DNA of 63,060 nt, filler included, from 5 parts of 5 records of this genome joined end to end with filler, not necessarily neighbours in it, one strand, 5' to 3'; numbered from the whole stretch's first letter, positions 48,826 through 60,000 are shown. Program-made: numbers and translations. The notes: a model not told the origin generated them from the sequence alone.

Positions 48826-51237
48826 TCACGGGCGGGCGCCCAGTCTCAGCGAGAGCAGGGCCGCGCAAAGGTAGAAAAGGGCGGCCAGGGACAGCACCCG
48901 GTCGAACCCGGAGAGGATGGCGATCAGGGCCGCCCCCAGGGTGGCGATCACGGAAAAGAGGTTGTTGACCCCAAAGGCCCAGGCCACCCTGGCGGGAGAG
49001 ATGCCCTTCACCCGGGTGAGGCCCTTGGGAAAGGGCAGGCCCATGGCCATGCCAAGGGGCAGGAGGGCGGCCATGGCCGTTGCCATCTTGGCCGGGGGGG
49101 ACCAGGCCGCGCAGGGGGCCAGCAGTGTGTCCAGGCCGAGCCAATAGAGAAGGATCAGGCCGGTGACGAGCAGGTTGGACCAGAACAGCCCGTGCCGGCC
49201 CGGGAAGAGACGGTCCGACCACCAGGCCCCCAGGCCGGAAAACATCAGCAGGCTGGCCAGGATCACCCCCATGGACACGGCCGGGGCGGACAGGAACAGG
49301 ATCAGTTTCTGCATCAGGGGAATCTCCACAAAAAAGAATCCGATGGCGATGGCGCTGAAATAGCCCCCCAGGCGGAGGTTCAGGGGGGCCATGGCGAAAT
49401 CCCTTGCAAGGACCAGGGGGAGCAGGATGAAAAGCAGGCTGGCTCCAAGGGCCAGGCCCAGGAGGATGAGGAGAAGCAGATAGCCCCACTGGGTGAATGC
49501 GATGGTCCGGGTGCCGGTGTGCCGGATTTCGTGGACCAGCCGCCAGCGGAAAAAATGGTAAAAGTAGGGGCGGTCGTCAATGGCCGGGGTGATGTCAAAG
49601 GGGTAGGCCCGCTCAAAGGATGCCGCATCCCCGGAAACCAGGGCCTGGATGGCGTCATGGTACACGGGCCGTTCCGTTTGGATGAACCGCCGGGTCTCTT
49701 CGGCCCGGATGCCGGGATGGTGGATCACGTCAAAGAGCCGCCGGTGGCAAAACGTCCGGGTGATCTCGATCTGTTCCCGGGAAAAGGGCCGGTTGGATAC
49801 CACCAGGGTGGCCGTCTGAAGGCTTCGGATCAGGATGAGATGGTCGGCGGGCGCCTGGATCCCCGACCGCTTCAGGGCATGGATCGTGATGTTGGCCATC
49901 TTGATGACATCCCTGGGCGGGGTGGTGATCCACCGGGAGATGGCCAGGACCCCATGGGGGGAGAGAAGGTCCAGGAACTCCCGGATCGCCTCCACCGTGT
50001 AGAGATAGGTTTCGTGCATGGCGGCAAGGCCCGCGGCGGCGGATCCCGCGGCATCGATCATCTTGATCTCTATGAGGTCGAATTTTTCCTTAGCACGCCG
50101 TGCATAGGCACGGGCATCCCGGTTGACGGTCACCAGGTTTTCCTGGTTGTAGATGTTTCCTGAAAAGCCGGCGAACCGGGTCTCCATGAGATCGATGACA
50201 TTTGGGTCCACCTCCAGGCCGACGATCTGTTTGAACCCGTGGAGGTTGGCTCCCAGGATCCCTTCGCCGCCCCCCATGCCCACGATCAGGATGCGCTCCC
50301 GTTTTTCTCCTGGCACCAGGTGGTGGGCCAGGGCCGGGGGCATGTGGTCCAGGTAGGCGATGGCCGTGTTGTCGCCGGTGTAGGGGGCCATGGGGCTCAT
50401 GGCCTGGCCGTCGTAGAAGAGCCCCTTGTGGACCGGCACGGGCACCGGGGTGATGAGGCTCAGGCCCGGGGTGCTGCGAAGCCCCGTGGCTTCCACCGCC
50501 TGGACCGTGGAGAGGGGGGAGAACCGCTCCGCCAGGATTTTTGCATGGGGAAGGGTCAGGGCCCCCGAGATCGCCTTGTACTGGGAGACCCGGGTGAGGT
50601 TAAGGCCGGTGACCGACAGGGAGAGCAGGGCGGTCCAGGCCACGGAGAGGGCAAGCCCAGCCATAAGGGCGGATTTTCCTTTTTCCCCCAGCAGGATGAG
50701 AAAGGGCACCAGGGCGGTGGCGATGATGATGATGACGATCACCATGGGATGGAATCGGTAGAGCAGGAACACAACGGCCAGGGCGCCCAGGCCCGATCCC
50801 GTCAGGTTGGCAAAGTAGATTTTCGAGACCTTGAAAAACCGGAGCCCCGTTCCCACCACCATGGCCCCGAAGAAGAAGGGCACGGCCATGGCGGCCAGCT
50901 TGAGCAGGAGAAACAGGATCTGGTTGGGATCCAGTCCCACCTCAAAGGGGTTGAAGGGGATCTTGCAGTAGAGGACGAACCCCAGGGTCAGGGAGATCGG
51001 ATAGAGGAGGGTGAAGAGGAGCAGGCATCGGTACAGGCGCCGCTGGATGACGGGCTCCAGCACCATGATCACGGACCCGCTCGCCCCGAAGCCGAGCATG
51101 GCCATGCCGATGATGATGGCCGCCAGGTTATGCCACTGGACCAGGGCCGATACCCTGGCCAGGGCGATCTCGTGGCCGATGAGGGTGAGGGAGGTCACAA
51201 AGACGATCACCCGGACGGCGCGGCTGCCGGGGGTCAT
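48826..51237 (-). CDS. Polytopic membrane protein with spermidine-synthase-like SAM methyltransferase domain
   Basis: TM bundles flanking ILIVGMGGG..LEVDP..DAR..FDLI..YLYTVEA. Confidence 0.82.
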   Translation of the reverse strand: MTPGSRAVRVIVFVTSLTLIGHEIALARVSALVQWHNLAAIIIGMAMLGFGASGSVIMVLEPVIQRRLYRCLLLFTLLYPISLTLGFVLYCKIPFNPFEVGLDPNQILFLLLKLAAMAVPFFFGAMVVGTGLRFFKVSKIYFANLTGSGLGALAVVFLLYRFHPMVIVIIIIATALVPFLILLGEKGKSALMAGLALSVAWTALLSLSVTGLNLTRVSQYKAISGALTLPHAKILAERFSPLSTVQAVEATGLRSTPGLSLITPVPVPVHKGLFYDGQAMSPMAPYTGDNTAIAYLDHMPPALAHHLVPGEKRERILIVGMGGGEGILGANLHGFKQIVGLEVDPNVIDLMETRFAGFSGNIYNQENLVTVNRDARAYARRAKEKFDLIEIKMIDAAGSAAAGLAAMHETYLYTVEAIREFLDLLSPHGVLAISRWITTPPRDVIKMANITIHALKRSGIQAPADHLILIRSLQTATLVVSNRPFSREQIEITRTFCHRRLFDVIHHPGIRAEETRRFIQTERPVYHDAIQALVSGDAASFERAYPFDITPAIDDRPYFYHFFRWRLVHEIRHTGTRTIAFTQWGYLLLLILLGLALGASLLFILLPLVLARDFAMAPLNLRLGGYFSAIAIGFFFVEIPLMQKLILFLSAPAVSMGVILASLLMFSGLGAWWSDRLFPGRHGLFWSNLLVTGLILLYWLGLDTLLAPCAAWSPPAKMATAMAALLPLGMAMGLPFPKGLTRVKGISPARVAWAFGVNNLFSVIATLGAALIAILSGFDRVLSLAALFYLCAALLSLRLGARP

Positions 51238-51239
51238 GG

Positions 51240-51950
51240 CTACTGCCTTGTGAGGGGCACGAACCGGACCTGGGTGATCACTTCGGTCCGGATGTCGTTC
51301 TCTGATTTCCGGGTGATGCGCAGCAGGTTCTGGACCCTGAAGGGCGGCCCCACCGGGATGCACATGACCCCGCCGATCTTGAGCTGTCGGACCAGGGGCG
51401 GGGGCACCGACTCGGCCGCGCAGGTCACGATGATGGCGTCATAGGGCGCGTGTTTCTCCCAGCCGAAGAACCCGTCCCGGTGGATGGATGATACGTTGGC
51501 GCAGCCCGTTTCCTTGAGGGTTTGCTTTGCCCGGTCGTGGAGGGGCTTTACAATCTCCACGGAATAGACCTCCTTGGCGATTTGTGAGAGGATCGCCGCC
51601 TGGTAGCCGGACCCGGTTCCCACCTCAAGCACCCTGGACGCCTTTGGCAGATCCAGGAGCTGTGTCATCAGGGCCACCACATAGGGCTGGGAGATGGTCT
51701 GGCCAAAGCCGATGGGAAGTGGACGGTCTTTATAAGCGTGGGATCTCAGCTTTTCCGGGACAAAGAGATGGCGGGGCACCGTCTCCATGGCCCTGAGCAC
51801 GGCCGGGTCCGATACCCCCCGGCTGCGGATCTGGGTGGCGACCATCTTGTGCCGGGCCGCCTCAAAGGAATGGGGTTTCATCTCTGTCGACGCCGTGGCC
51901 GGCTGCAGCCAGAGGAGAAGGAAAATCAAGGATGTGGCAAAAGGTTTCAT
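51240..51950 (-). CDS. pcm: Protein-L-isoaspartate O-methyltransferase with N-terminal signal peptide
   Basis: VPRH.FVP, GQTISQP, VLEVGTGSGYQAA, PYDAIIVT, VRFVPL. Confidence 0.93.
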   Translation of the reverse strand: MKPFATSLIFLLLWLQPATASTEMKPHSFEAARHKMVATQIRSRGVSDPAVLRAMETVPRHLFVPEKLRSHAYKDRPLPIGFGQTISQPYVVALMTQLLDLPKASRVLEVGTGSGYQAAILSQIAKEVYSVEIVKPLHDRAKQTLKETGCANVSSIHRDGFFGWEKHAPYDAIIVTCAAESVPPPLVRQLKIGGVMCIPVGPPFRVQNLLRITRKSENDIRTEVITQVRFVPLTRQ

Positions 51951-52714
51951 GGGCCTGCCTCCTGGGTATCCAGGTAAATGCCAAGTGCCTTGAGCCGTTC
52001 TTTCATGGCCCCGTGGTGGGAACCCTTCCAGTAGATCCGGCAACAGCCGGGGCAGATGGAGAACCTGGTGTAATAACGTTTTGTCTTTGGCTCCAGCCGG
52101 TGGAGGATCTTTTGTTTCTCTACGGGCTTAAGCCGGCGGTTGCAGGTGGTGCACCTGGAGAGAAAATCAAACCTGTTACCGGCCAGGCCGAAGAAATCAA
52201 GGACCTCCTTGAGCTGGAGATAGGAATCATCCTCGCGAATCCGCCTGGCAAACACGATGCGCTTTCTCTTTAGTAGCTCCGTGTCCCGGGTCAGGACGAT
52301 CCGTTGCTCCCGGGCTGCGATCCTTGCCACCTCAATATCCCTGAACCCGTTGGAGTAAACCGTGTCAAACCCCAGGGCCAGGAGCAGTCTGGCAAGCCTT
52401 CCCACGTTGACATCGGCCACAAACCGGACCCGGTCAAAGGGCTGGGGCCGCAGGATGGTTTTTTGGGTGATGTCAAAGGGCGCCGGGATCGCCTTGACCA
52501 CGATCTGCTCATTGTTTTGGGGCATAAAGGAGAAGTCCACCTCCCGGTGGTTGACGAGGATGGCGCCCACCTCCGTGTGGGGGACGCCAAGGGATTCGAT
52601 CATGTCCTTGATCGAGGCTTTCCTTCCCTCCAGGGTGAAAATTCGGCTCATATGGCCCCTGGAGGCGAGGAAAAAGAGAAAGTGCCTGTCAAAGAAAAGT
52701 ATGGGTGCGTTCAT
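51947..52714 (-). CDS. Ubiquitin-like + Mut7-C (PIN-fold) RNase domain protein
   Basis: SIKD.IESLGVPHTEV; F.AD..GRLAR.L..LGFD; LTRD; RC..CN; C..C..IYW.GSH. Confidence 0.88.
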   Translation of the reverse strand: MNAPILFFDRHFLFFLASRGHMSRIFTLEGRKASIKDMIESLGVPHTEVGAILVNHREVDFSFMPQNNEQIVVKAIPAPFDITQKTILRPQPFDRVRFVADVNVGRLARLLLALGFDTVYSNGFRDIEVARIAAREQRIVLTRDTELLKRKRIVFARRIREDDSYLQLKEVLDFFGLAGNRFDFLSRCTTCNRRLKPVEKQKILHRLEPKTKRYYTRFSICPGCCRIYWKGSHHGAMKERLKALGIYLDTQEAGP

Positions 52715-52974
52715 GTAATGGCAATGGCTCCTGTCATGGGATGCTCCCGTGTAAAAATTTTTCCTTCGGGGGGACGGTCAGCGGGTCGCGTATCTTTGCG
52801 ATTCGGGGTCGCGGGTGATGGAAAAAGAATAGCATACCCGGGGAAAAAGTCCAAACTTCATATGGTTAAGCGCTTGACAGCAGCGGGCCCGGCATATTAC
52901 CTTTTGAAAATGCAGGGCGCAGACGGATGGCCTTTACGCCATTCCCAGCAGGCCGTGCCTGTCAGGTGGGAAAC

Positions 52975-53754
52975 ATGGAAAGAACAAGTTTTTTTATCGT
53001 AATCCTGGCGCTGGTGCTCCTGACCTTCGCTGCCAAAGGGGTTCAGGCGGAGCCGCTCAGGATCGGCACGGACAAGTGGCCGCCCCATGAAGATATCTTC
53101 AACCTTGAAGCCCCGGGATTCTGCACCGAGGTGGTCCGGGCGGTGTTCAAGCGGATGGGGGTGGCGATTACCATTACCGAGTACCCCTGGACCCGGGCCC
53201 TTGATTTTGTCTTCAAGGGCCGGAACGATGCCCTGTTCTGTGCCCTTTTTACCGAAGAACGGGCACAATTCTGCCACTATCCCGAGGAGGCCATTGAAAC
53301 ACTGAGATACCTCCTGTTCATCAAAAAGGAGAACGCCGGCACCTTGAAGTTCGACTCCTATGACGATCTCAAGGGAAAGCGGATCGGGATCGTCCGGGGA
53401 TTTGCCTATCCCATGGAATTTATGGACTTCATTGAAGCGGAAAAAAACGCCCAGGCGGTGGAGAGCGATCACCTCAACTTCCAGAAGTTGATGCTGGGAA
53501 GAATCGATTACACCATTGCCGACCTGGCCAACGCCAAAATTATTATCCGGGAGCTGGGGTTGACCGGCCAGGTGGTTCCCGTCTCTTCCAATGTAATCCT
53601 GGAGAGCGGTCTCAACCTCATTTTCAGTAAAAAGACGGTGACCGAGGCGTTTGTGAAGAAGTTTTCCCATGCCTTGAAGGCGTTTAAAAAAGAGGAAGCC
53701 TATGGAAAAATCTGGGAAAAGTATTACGGCCCGGTCGAAGCGGGGGCGAAGTGA
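52975..53754 (+). CDS. Periplasmic substrate-binding protein (family 3-like)
   Basis: Signal peptide; WPP, PW.RA, DLKGK.IG..RG, GRID; precedes a sensor kinase. Confidence 0.85.
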   Translation: MERTSFFIVILALVLLTFAAKGVQAEPLRIGTDKWPPHEDIFNLEAPGFCTEVVRAVFKRMGVAITITEYPWTRALDFVFKGRNDALFCALFTEERAQFCHYPEEAIETLRYLLFIKKENAGTLKFDSYDDLKGKRIGIVRGFAYPMEFMDFIEAEKNAQAVESDHLNFQKLMLGRIDYTIADLANAKIIIRELGLTGQVVPVSSNVILESGLNLIFSKKTVTEAFVKKFSHALKAFKKEEAYGKIWEKYYGPVEAGAK

Positions 53755-53794
53755 TGGTGAGAATGGCCGACATAAAGGACGTAACGGATTGTGA

Positions 53795-55033
53795 ATGAAA
53801 TTAGTCCCTGGTTCTAAAGATATACTGGCCCGGCAGCTGCTGGTTTATATCCTGCTGGTCAGTTCCCTGTTCACCCTTCTGGCCACGGGGCTTCAGTTGT
53901 GGGTGGATTACACCAAGGATGTGGATCTGCTGGGGACCCGGATCCATGAGGTGCGCAAGACCTATATGGACAGCCTCTCCCTGAGCATCTGGAACATGAA
54001 CGTAAACCATGTGGATGCCCAGCTCAAGGGCATCCTGAAGCTGCCCGAGATCTCCTACCTGGAACTTGAAACCCTCGACACCACTTATGGGGTGGGGGAG
54101 AAGCCCCCGGCCATCAGAAGCGTAGTGTTCGAGTTTCCCATTGAATACGTGGATCCCCAGGGCCAGTTTGATCCGGAACCGGTGGGAGCGCTGGTCATCC
54201 ACGGGGATCTTCAGTACATCTATGAACGGCTCATGGACAGGGTGCTGATCATCCTTGGGGCCCAGGCCGTCAAGACTTTTTCCGTGTCCGTGTTTGTCCT
54301 GTTTCTCATCTGGTACTTTGTGAGCCGCCATCTTTACCGCATGTCGGAGTTTGCCGGACAACTCAACCTGGAGAGCCTTGGCACCCCCCTGGTCCTGGCA
54401 GGTGAGCGAACCCGGAAAAACGAACTCGACATGGTGGTGGACGCCCTCAACTCCATGAGCGTCAACCTGATGCAGGCCCGGGAGAGCCTCAAGAAAGAGC
54501 TTCGCACCCAGCAGCGGCTCAATGCCAGCCTTATCAAGACCATTCGGGACCGGGATCTCGCCGAGACGTCCCTTTCCCAGAGCGAGGCCCGGTTCCGGGT
54601 CCTTGTGGACAACATCCCCGGTGCCGTGTACAGGAGTGCCAGCGATCCGGCCTGGACCATGGAGTTCATCAGCGACACCATTGAAGAGATCTCCGGGTTT
54701 CCTGCCTCGGATTTCATCAGCAGCAGGGTCCGGCGCTTCTGTTCCATCATTCACGTTGACGATGCCCCCGTGGTTCGGCAGAAGATTGAAGCGTGCCTGG
54801 CAAAGCAGGAACCCTACTCCCTGGAGTACCGGATCGTCCATGCCGGGGGGGAGATCCGGTGGGTCAATGAAAAAGGGCAGGGGATCTATTCGTCCGACGG
54901 GATCCTCGCAAGTCTGGTGGGGGCGTTCTTTGACGTGACCGAGCGGCGCCGCACCCAGGAGATGATGATCCAGACGGAAAAGATGATGTCCGTGGGCGGG
55001 CTTGCGGCGGGCATGGCCCATGAGATCAACAAC
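53795..55033 (+). CDS. Membrane sensor histidine kinase with HAMP and PAS (3' truncated)
   Basis: Two TM helices, PAS (IHVDD..EYRI..G.IRWV), EKM.SVG.LAAGMAHEINN. Confidence 0.9.
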
Positions 55034-55133
55034 NNNNNNNNNNNNNNNNNNNNNNNNNNNNNNNNNNNNNNNNNNNNTTAATTAATTAANNNNNNNNNNN
55101 NNNNNNNNNNNNNNNNNNNNNNNNNNNNNNNNN
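55034..55133. other. Artificial contig linker
   Basis: N-run + TTAATTAATTAA + N-run. Confidence 0.99.
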
Positions 55134-56896
55134 TGTGGGCTCCCCATCTCCCTGGACGGCAATGATAGAATGCCCGGCCACGCCCTTTGCCAGAGGAATC
55201 GTACTGAAGGCATTATGGCCGGATTGTCCGGAGACATGCTGTCGATACTGGTTATATTGCTTTCATAACGCCATTGTTCCGGAATGTTCTCTGCGGGAAT
55301 TGCAGCCATGACATTAGAGGTGATGTTTAGTGCGTCTGCGGGTAAAGATACCATCTTGCGTACAAGGTTGGTGACCCATCCTGTGACAAGCTTGCTGCCC
55401 CTGTGCGGCGTGGACAAAAATATAGTCCGCTTTACAAAGGGTAACGGCTCAAACATGGCTGTGCGTTGGATGAGTTGCTGCTGTTCTTCTGAAAGTTCCA
55501 ACTCATTCAGTCCCTTGCCTGTAAGTGCCCGAATGACCTTATCTCCGGTATTCACCGCTGTAAGTTTTGTAAGCAGGCCTCCCTGGCTATGCCCGACGAT
55601 CACCATCTGGTTCATGGATGCATCACGACCGTCAGGATCTAATGCGTGAACCTTCTCCCTGAGCGCCCCCCTGAAGTACAGGGCCGATAAATTTACGGGC
55701 CGATTGCTGTCATAAAAATAGAACCAAAAATTATATCGATTCCGGATCAAAGGATCTGCAACAAGGGCGTTGCACATCTCTGCCCATGCCAAGGGGTTGC
55801 TGAAGGTCCCATGGACAAAAACCACAGGAATCGTCCCCTTTCTGTGAGGCAGAATCTCGTACAATCCTGTCGGGTATCTATTTTTCCCTGTAAAAAATTC
55901 TCCCATCCCCACATGCCAGAGCTGGTCCTGATTCAAAGTGTGAGCCAAATGGACGCTTAAATCTATTTCCAGGGGGACCTTTACACCTTCAATCTTGACC
56001 TGTGGGGCATCCAAAGGGGTATATAAAGCCAACTCGCCTTTTAGACGTCCCTTGTGAAAACCAGCCAATCCCCCTTCAATTCGCATCAGCAGAATACCGG
56101 GCAAACTTCGTTTTAACGTCTGCATTTTTTCCTGAGGCATCGCCACCAGAAAGGGTACACCTATTCCGGACTCACGGTTCCGATGATCTAAACCGAAAAC
56201 ATCCAATTGATCCGATGCAATAACAAAATTGTTTTCAGAGTTCAGATCCCAGGGGAATTCGCCTTTGTTTATGGAAAGGTCCATACTACCCGAGGGAAGG
56301 TCCCGAGGGCCTTTTCTTATGCTCAATTGACCATCTTCCCCCTGCATTGCCTTTGCCAGGGAAGTATTGTAAATATTACATGCCCACCTGAATGTACGGT
56401 CCCAGGTATTTGGCGGTTCATCCATATACGGTTCAAAGAGAAAGAAATAGGCAAACAAGGCTGCATTAAGGTAATATATTCTTGATTCGCCGGTAAACCC
56501 AATGGCCCTGTCCCTAGCAGGTTTCCCAGCAGCATCGTAGCTTAACTCTGCCAGTACGAAGAGCAGATCCCGCCGCTTATCAGAAAGCGTTTTCTTTTCA
56601 AGAATCGCCACCACCCCCTTGGGGTCTGTACGATATTGAGAGGCCAGATTATACCGGGACAAGACTTTCATTGAAAGCGTACTGATGGATCTGCTGTTCA
56701 AGGCATTTTTACTAATTTTGATGTGGGCTTGATCAAAACCGATATTTCTTGTCCCTATCCGGGTCCCGCAACCACAAAGCAAGCATAAACAAAGGGTCCA
56801 GACAAAGAGGTGAACGCATCCGCAATTCACCACCCCGACATGATATACCAGCCTGTTTTTTTTACCAACAGCCCTTAAATGTCTTCCGCTGGCCAT
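55134..56896 (-). CDS. Alpha/beta hydrolase lipoprotein (3' truncated, apparent frameshift near 55211)
   Basis: LCGC lipobox, PVVFVHG, GHSQGG nucleophile elbow, STPHRGS. Confidence 0.85.
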
Positions 56897-57067
56897 GTGT
56901 AATTCTCCGGCTCAAATTGTTTTTTTAAGCCTGTTACCTATGCCAGGCGTCTTTTTCTGTCTTAATAATAGTTCTGTGGGCTCAAACCCGAAGAAAAACG
57001 GTTTTAACCTTAAATCCCAAAATCGTCAGGTCTACTATTCATATTTAAACAGTGTATAATAGGGGCC

Positions 57068-57101
57068 GGTGGTTGCAGGGAAACTTTTTCCTGCAACCAC
57101 C
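57068..57101. terminator. Hairpin downstream of arylsulfatase
   Basis: GGTGGTTGCAGG/CCTGCAACCACC 12-bp stem. Confidence 0.7.
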
Positions 57102-57114
57102 CTAAACTGCCGTC

Positions 57115-58725
57115 CTAATCGTGGGGTGTCAGTTCCGCTCCCTTGGGTGTAACTTCAGAGGTGCGGTGGGGATATTTTTGAACCATCATCATATGCTGCC
57201 GAAGACCGTTCTGAATAGGGGTTACGGCAAACAGTCCACTGTACATGGCTCCGAACTTCTCACCGGGATCACGCTTGACATTATAAAAATCCATAGCGGG
57301 CAGACCTCCGTGGGATCCCTTGATATGAACCTTGAAATCCCTATACCTCATGGCACCCAAAACCCCTCCACTGTAATGGAACATCATATTCCGGCGGCCA
57401 TGGCCTTCACCCAGAAGAAAAAGGGCTGTCTGGTCGACACCGTCGGTGATCCTGTCTGACGGGATCTTGTCCGTAGCACCGGCGATACGGGCGGCTGTTG
57501 TAAAAAGGTCTGTGAGATGGATCATGTCACTAGGGGATTGACCCGGTTCGATCATGCCGGGCCACCATGCCATGGCCGGAACACGGACCCCGCCCTCAAG
57601 CACATCCCCCTTGCCGCCTCTCAGCCAGCTGTACCCGGAGGTCGGCCAGAAGGCATACATGGGACCGTTATCACTGATCCAGACCACCAATGTGTTCTCT
57701 GCGATTTTTTCAGCCTTTAGCGTGTCAAACAACTGCTGCATATGGGCGTTGTGCTCAGCCATTTGTGAAGCCTGGGCATTTTTTTTATCAACATGGGGGT
57801 CATCCATGTGCTTTTTGCTGCCATGAATCTGGCAGGCATAAGTGGCCCAGTAAATGAAGAAAGGCTTGTCGCTTTTTGATTTTTCTTTGATATAGCCGGT
57901 TATCTGCTGGATTGATTCCTGCTCAAAGGCTTCCTGGCGGCCGATACCGAGCTTTCCGGCAACCCCTGGTATCGGCTTTCTGCCTTTGCCTTTTTCACCG
58001 ATGTAGCCGGCAACGGATAAATCAATCCCCGTCATTTCTTTGTATTCCTCAACACCCGGGAAATCATAAAAGGGCGCTTTGGCAGGTGTCGGACCACGCT
58101 GATACATATCTGCAGATTCCGGCCAGGCATCCGGGGCGCCGTTGAACAGGCCATAGTAGGCATAGTTATATCCCTGGTTTTCAGGGGCCTGATTGGGCAG
58201 ATCACCCAAATGCCATTTGCCCCACATGGCCGTATTGTATCCTGACTTGGAGAGGACCTCTGCAACAGTCTCTTCTTCTTCTGACAATCCGTCAATCTGC
58301 CCGGGCCACAGGACAGACAGCAGCCCTGTCCGAATCGGATGGCGGCCCGTGTTTATTGCGATCCGCGACGGGGTGCAGGAGGGCTCTGCATAGGCCGACC
58401 AAAAGGCCATTCCCTCTCCAGCCATTATGTCCAGAGTCGGGGTGGGGGTTCCGCGATGCTTACCGCCGCCCTGCCAGCCAAGTTCCCCCCAGCCGACATC
58501 ATCGGCGAGGATGTAAATGATGTTGGGTTTCTTGCCAAAGCGCTTCTCAAGCTGCGCCAGTTTCTGATCAATGGTTTTATCCTCATCTGCCCAGGCCTTT
58601 TTGAATTTTTTCTGATCTGCCTGGTGATAACCGTCGTAAACCGGGTTTGCATGGATTGCCGTGGCCGGAATAAATACCGCCATCATGAAAAACACAGAAA
58701 AGAACCCTAAAATTTTACTTTTCAT
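57115..58725 (-). CDS. Secreted Cys-type arylsulfatase
   Basis: PNII.ILADD.G, CTPSR formylglycine motif, GKWHLG, SDNG, EGG.RVP. Confidence 0.93.
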   Translation of the reverse strand: MKSKILGFFSVFFMMAVFIPATAIHANPVYDGYHQADQKKFKKAWADEDKTIDQKLAQLEKRFGKKPNIIYILADDVGWGELGWQGGGKHRGTPTPTLDIMAGEGMAFWSAYAEPSCTPSRIAINTGRHPIRTGLLSVLWPGQIDGLSEEEETVAEVLSKSGYNTAMWGKWHLGDLPNQAPENQGYNYAYYGLFNGAPDAWPESADMYQRGPTPAKAPFYDFPGVEEYKEMTGIDLSVAGYIGEKGKGRKPIPGVAGKLGIGRQEAFEQESIQQITGYIKEKSKSDKPFFIYWATYACQIHGSKKHMDDPHVDKKNAQASQMAEHNAHMQQLFDTLKAEKIAENTLVVWISDNGPMYAFWPTSGYSWLRGGKGDVLEGGVRVPAMAWWPGMIEPGQSPSDMIHLTDLFTTAARIAGATDKIPSDRITDGVDQTALFLLGEGHGRRNMMFHYSGGVLGAMRYRDFKVHIKGSHGGLPAMDFYNVKRDPGEKFGAMYSGLFAVTPIQNGLRQHMMMVQKYPHRTSEVTPKGAELTPHD

Positions 58726-58762
58726 TTCTCTTCCTCCTTTAATAATTTATTATTTTTAGCTT

Positions 58763-59986
58763 TTAATTCATCCAGCTGAACAGGGCCGAGGGTGCCGCCG
58801 GAATGATAAAAAACCTAAAATCCCATTTGGCTCCGGGTATATCATCCGGCATGATAACAGAATAATGAACTTCAAAGCCGATACGGACCGGCACCTTACC
58901 GAACTGGAAGGTCCGGTTGATACCCAGGCCGATGGGAACAGTAAACGCATTGTCACTGTTTTGTTCCCAGTTCATGATGATATTCGGAGAAGCACCGATG
59001 GAGGTAACGTCGTCAATGCTGTAGTATATAAAATACTGGAGATTCGTCATGTTCACATCATCACGGTCACTGTCCCCGGCATAATCCCAATAGTGCATGG
59101 CCAGACCACCCACTTTCCATTTCGGTCCCATATACACACCAAGTGCTGACGGTCCGGCCGTCCATTTTCCTGTGCCCAGAATGTCATCGGTGGCGGTTGG
59201 AATGCCAAGGTCAAACCCGGCGCCCCAGAGAAAGGATCCGCCACTGTCAAGCTTTATCCCCTTGCTCGGGGCAAAAAGCCCCACATAATACATGTCGCCG
59301 AACCCTGTGGTCCTTCCGTCAAACAGATCTATGGGAAGTGCTGAAAAATCAGATGGTGGCAGTGTGGCACCAGGTCCTTCTCCATACTGCTGGTCACTGC
59401 CTGCAGAATCAATCTTGTCCTGATCCAGGGGCATCGAGGGCACAGTCCAGATAACCCGGTTGATAAGATTCCAGTCTTTGTTCAGTTTTTTGGGGAACTG
59501 GGCAATACCTGTATAAACACTTTTGATTGCAGTTTCGCCCTCTGTCTGTTCTTCCATTTGGTATACATCAAATTGAGTGAACAGCATGGCCACATTTCCA
59601 AGAGGGTTGTCCATAAGTTTTGACATTTGTGCAAGCGTTGGCTGACATCCAGCCCGCATGACTTCTCCGAGATCGGCTTCCGGGTCTTTGGCAAACGCCT
59701 TGCAGACTTCAGACTCAGCCTTTGTATCTGATGCTTCAGCCTCAATTTTTTTAACATCGTTCTGGGCAAGCAGGTAGTCTGTCTCTATTGTTTCCCATTG
59801 ACTAGTTTCCCTTGGTGTGTTTGCTCCGAAAAGAGGCATGTCGGTATTTGCCAGCCAGCCTTGATTGCTATACTGAATATCCTTAGTACCTGTTCCCATT
59901 GCTATGCCATGACAAAAAAGGGAAAGGGACAATAGTACGGAAAATACATTTATGGTTTTCTTGACACTTAACATAAGGTTCTCCAT
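58763..59986 (-). CDS. Hypothetical exported protein, probable outer-membrane beta-barrel
   Basis: Signal peptide; NPL, TGFGD, PTA..LG.GKW.AGP, alternating aromatic strands. Confidence 0.65.
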   Translation of the reverse strand: MENLMLSVKKTINVFSVLLSLSLFCHGIAMGTGTKDIQYSNQGWLANTDMPLFGANTPRETSQWETIETDYLLAQNDVKKIEAEASDTKAESEVCKAFAKDPEADLGEVMRAGCQPTLAQMSKLMDNPLGNVAMLFTQFDVYQMEEQTEGETAIKSVYTGIAQFPKKLNKDWNLINRVIWTVPSMPLDQDKIDSAGSDQQYGEGPGATLPPSDFSALPIDLFDGRTTGFGDMYYVGLFAPSKGIKLDSGGSFLWGAGFDLGIPTATDDILGTGKWTAGPSALGVYMGPKWKVGGLAMHYWDYAGDSDRDDVNMTNLQYFIYYSIDDVTSIGASPNIIMNWEQNSDNAFTVPIGLGINRTFQFGKVPVRIGFEVHYSVIMPDDIPGAKWDFRFFIIPAAPSALFSWMN

Positions 59987-60000
59987 AAATAACCAGTTAA

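Noticed and set aside
48764-55021. Long overlapping ORFs (e.g. 49192..50163, 50239..51444, 52897..53670, 53801..55021)
   Set aside because: Alternate-frame or antisense shadows of GC-rich genes with no protein motifs.
17231-55133. Four identical N-flanked TTAATTAATTAA elements and apparent cross-junction gene neighbourhoods
   Set aside because: Artificial contig spacers; composition and gene content change at each one, so no biological linkage can be inferred.
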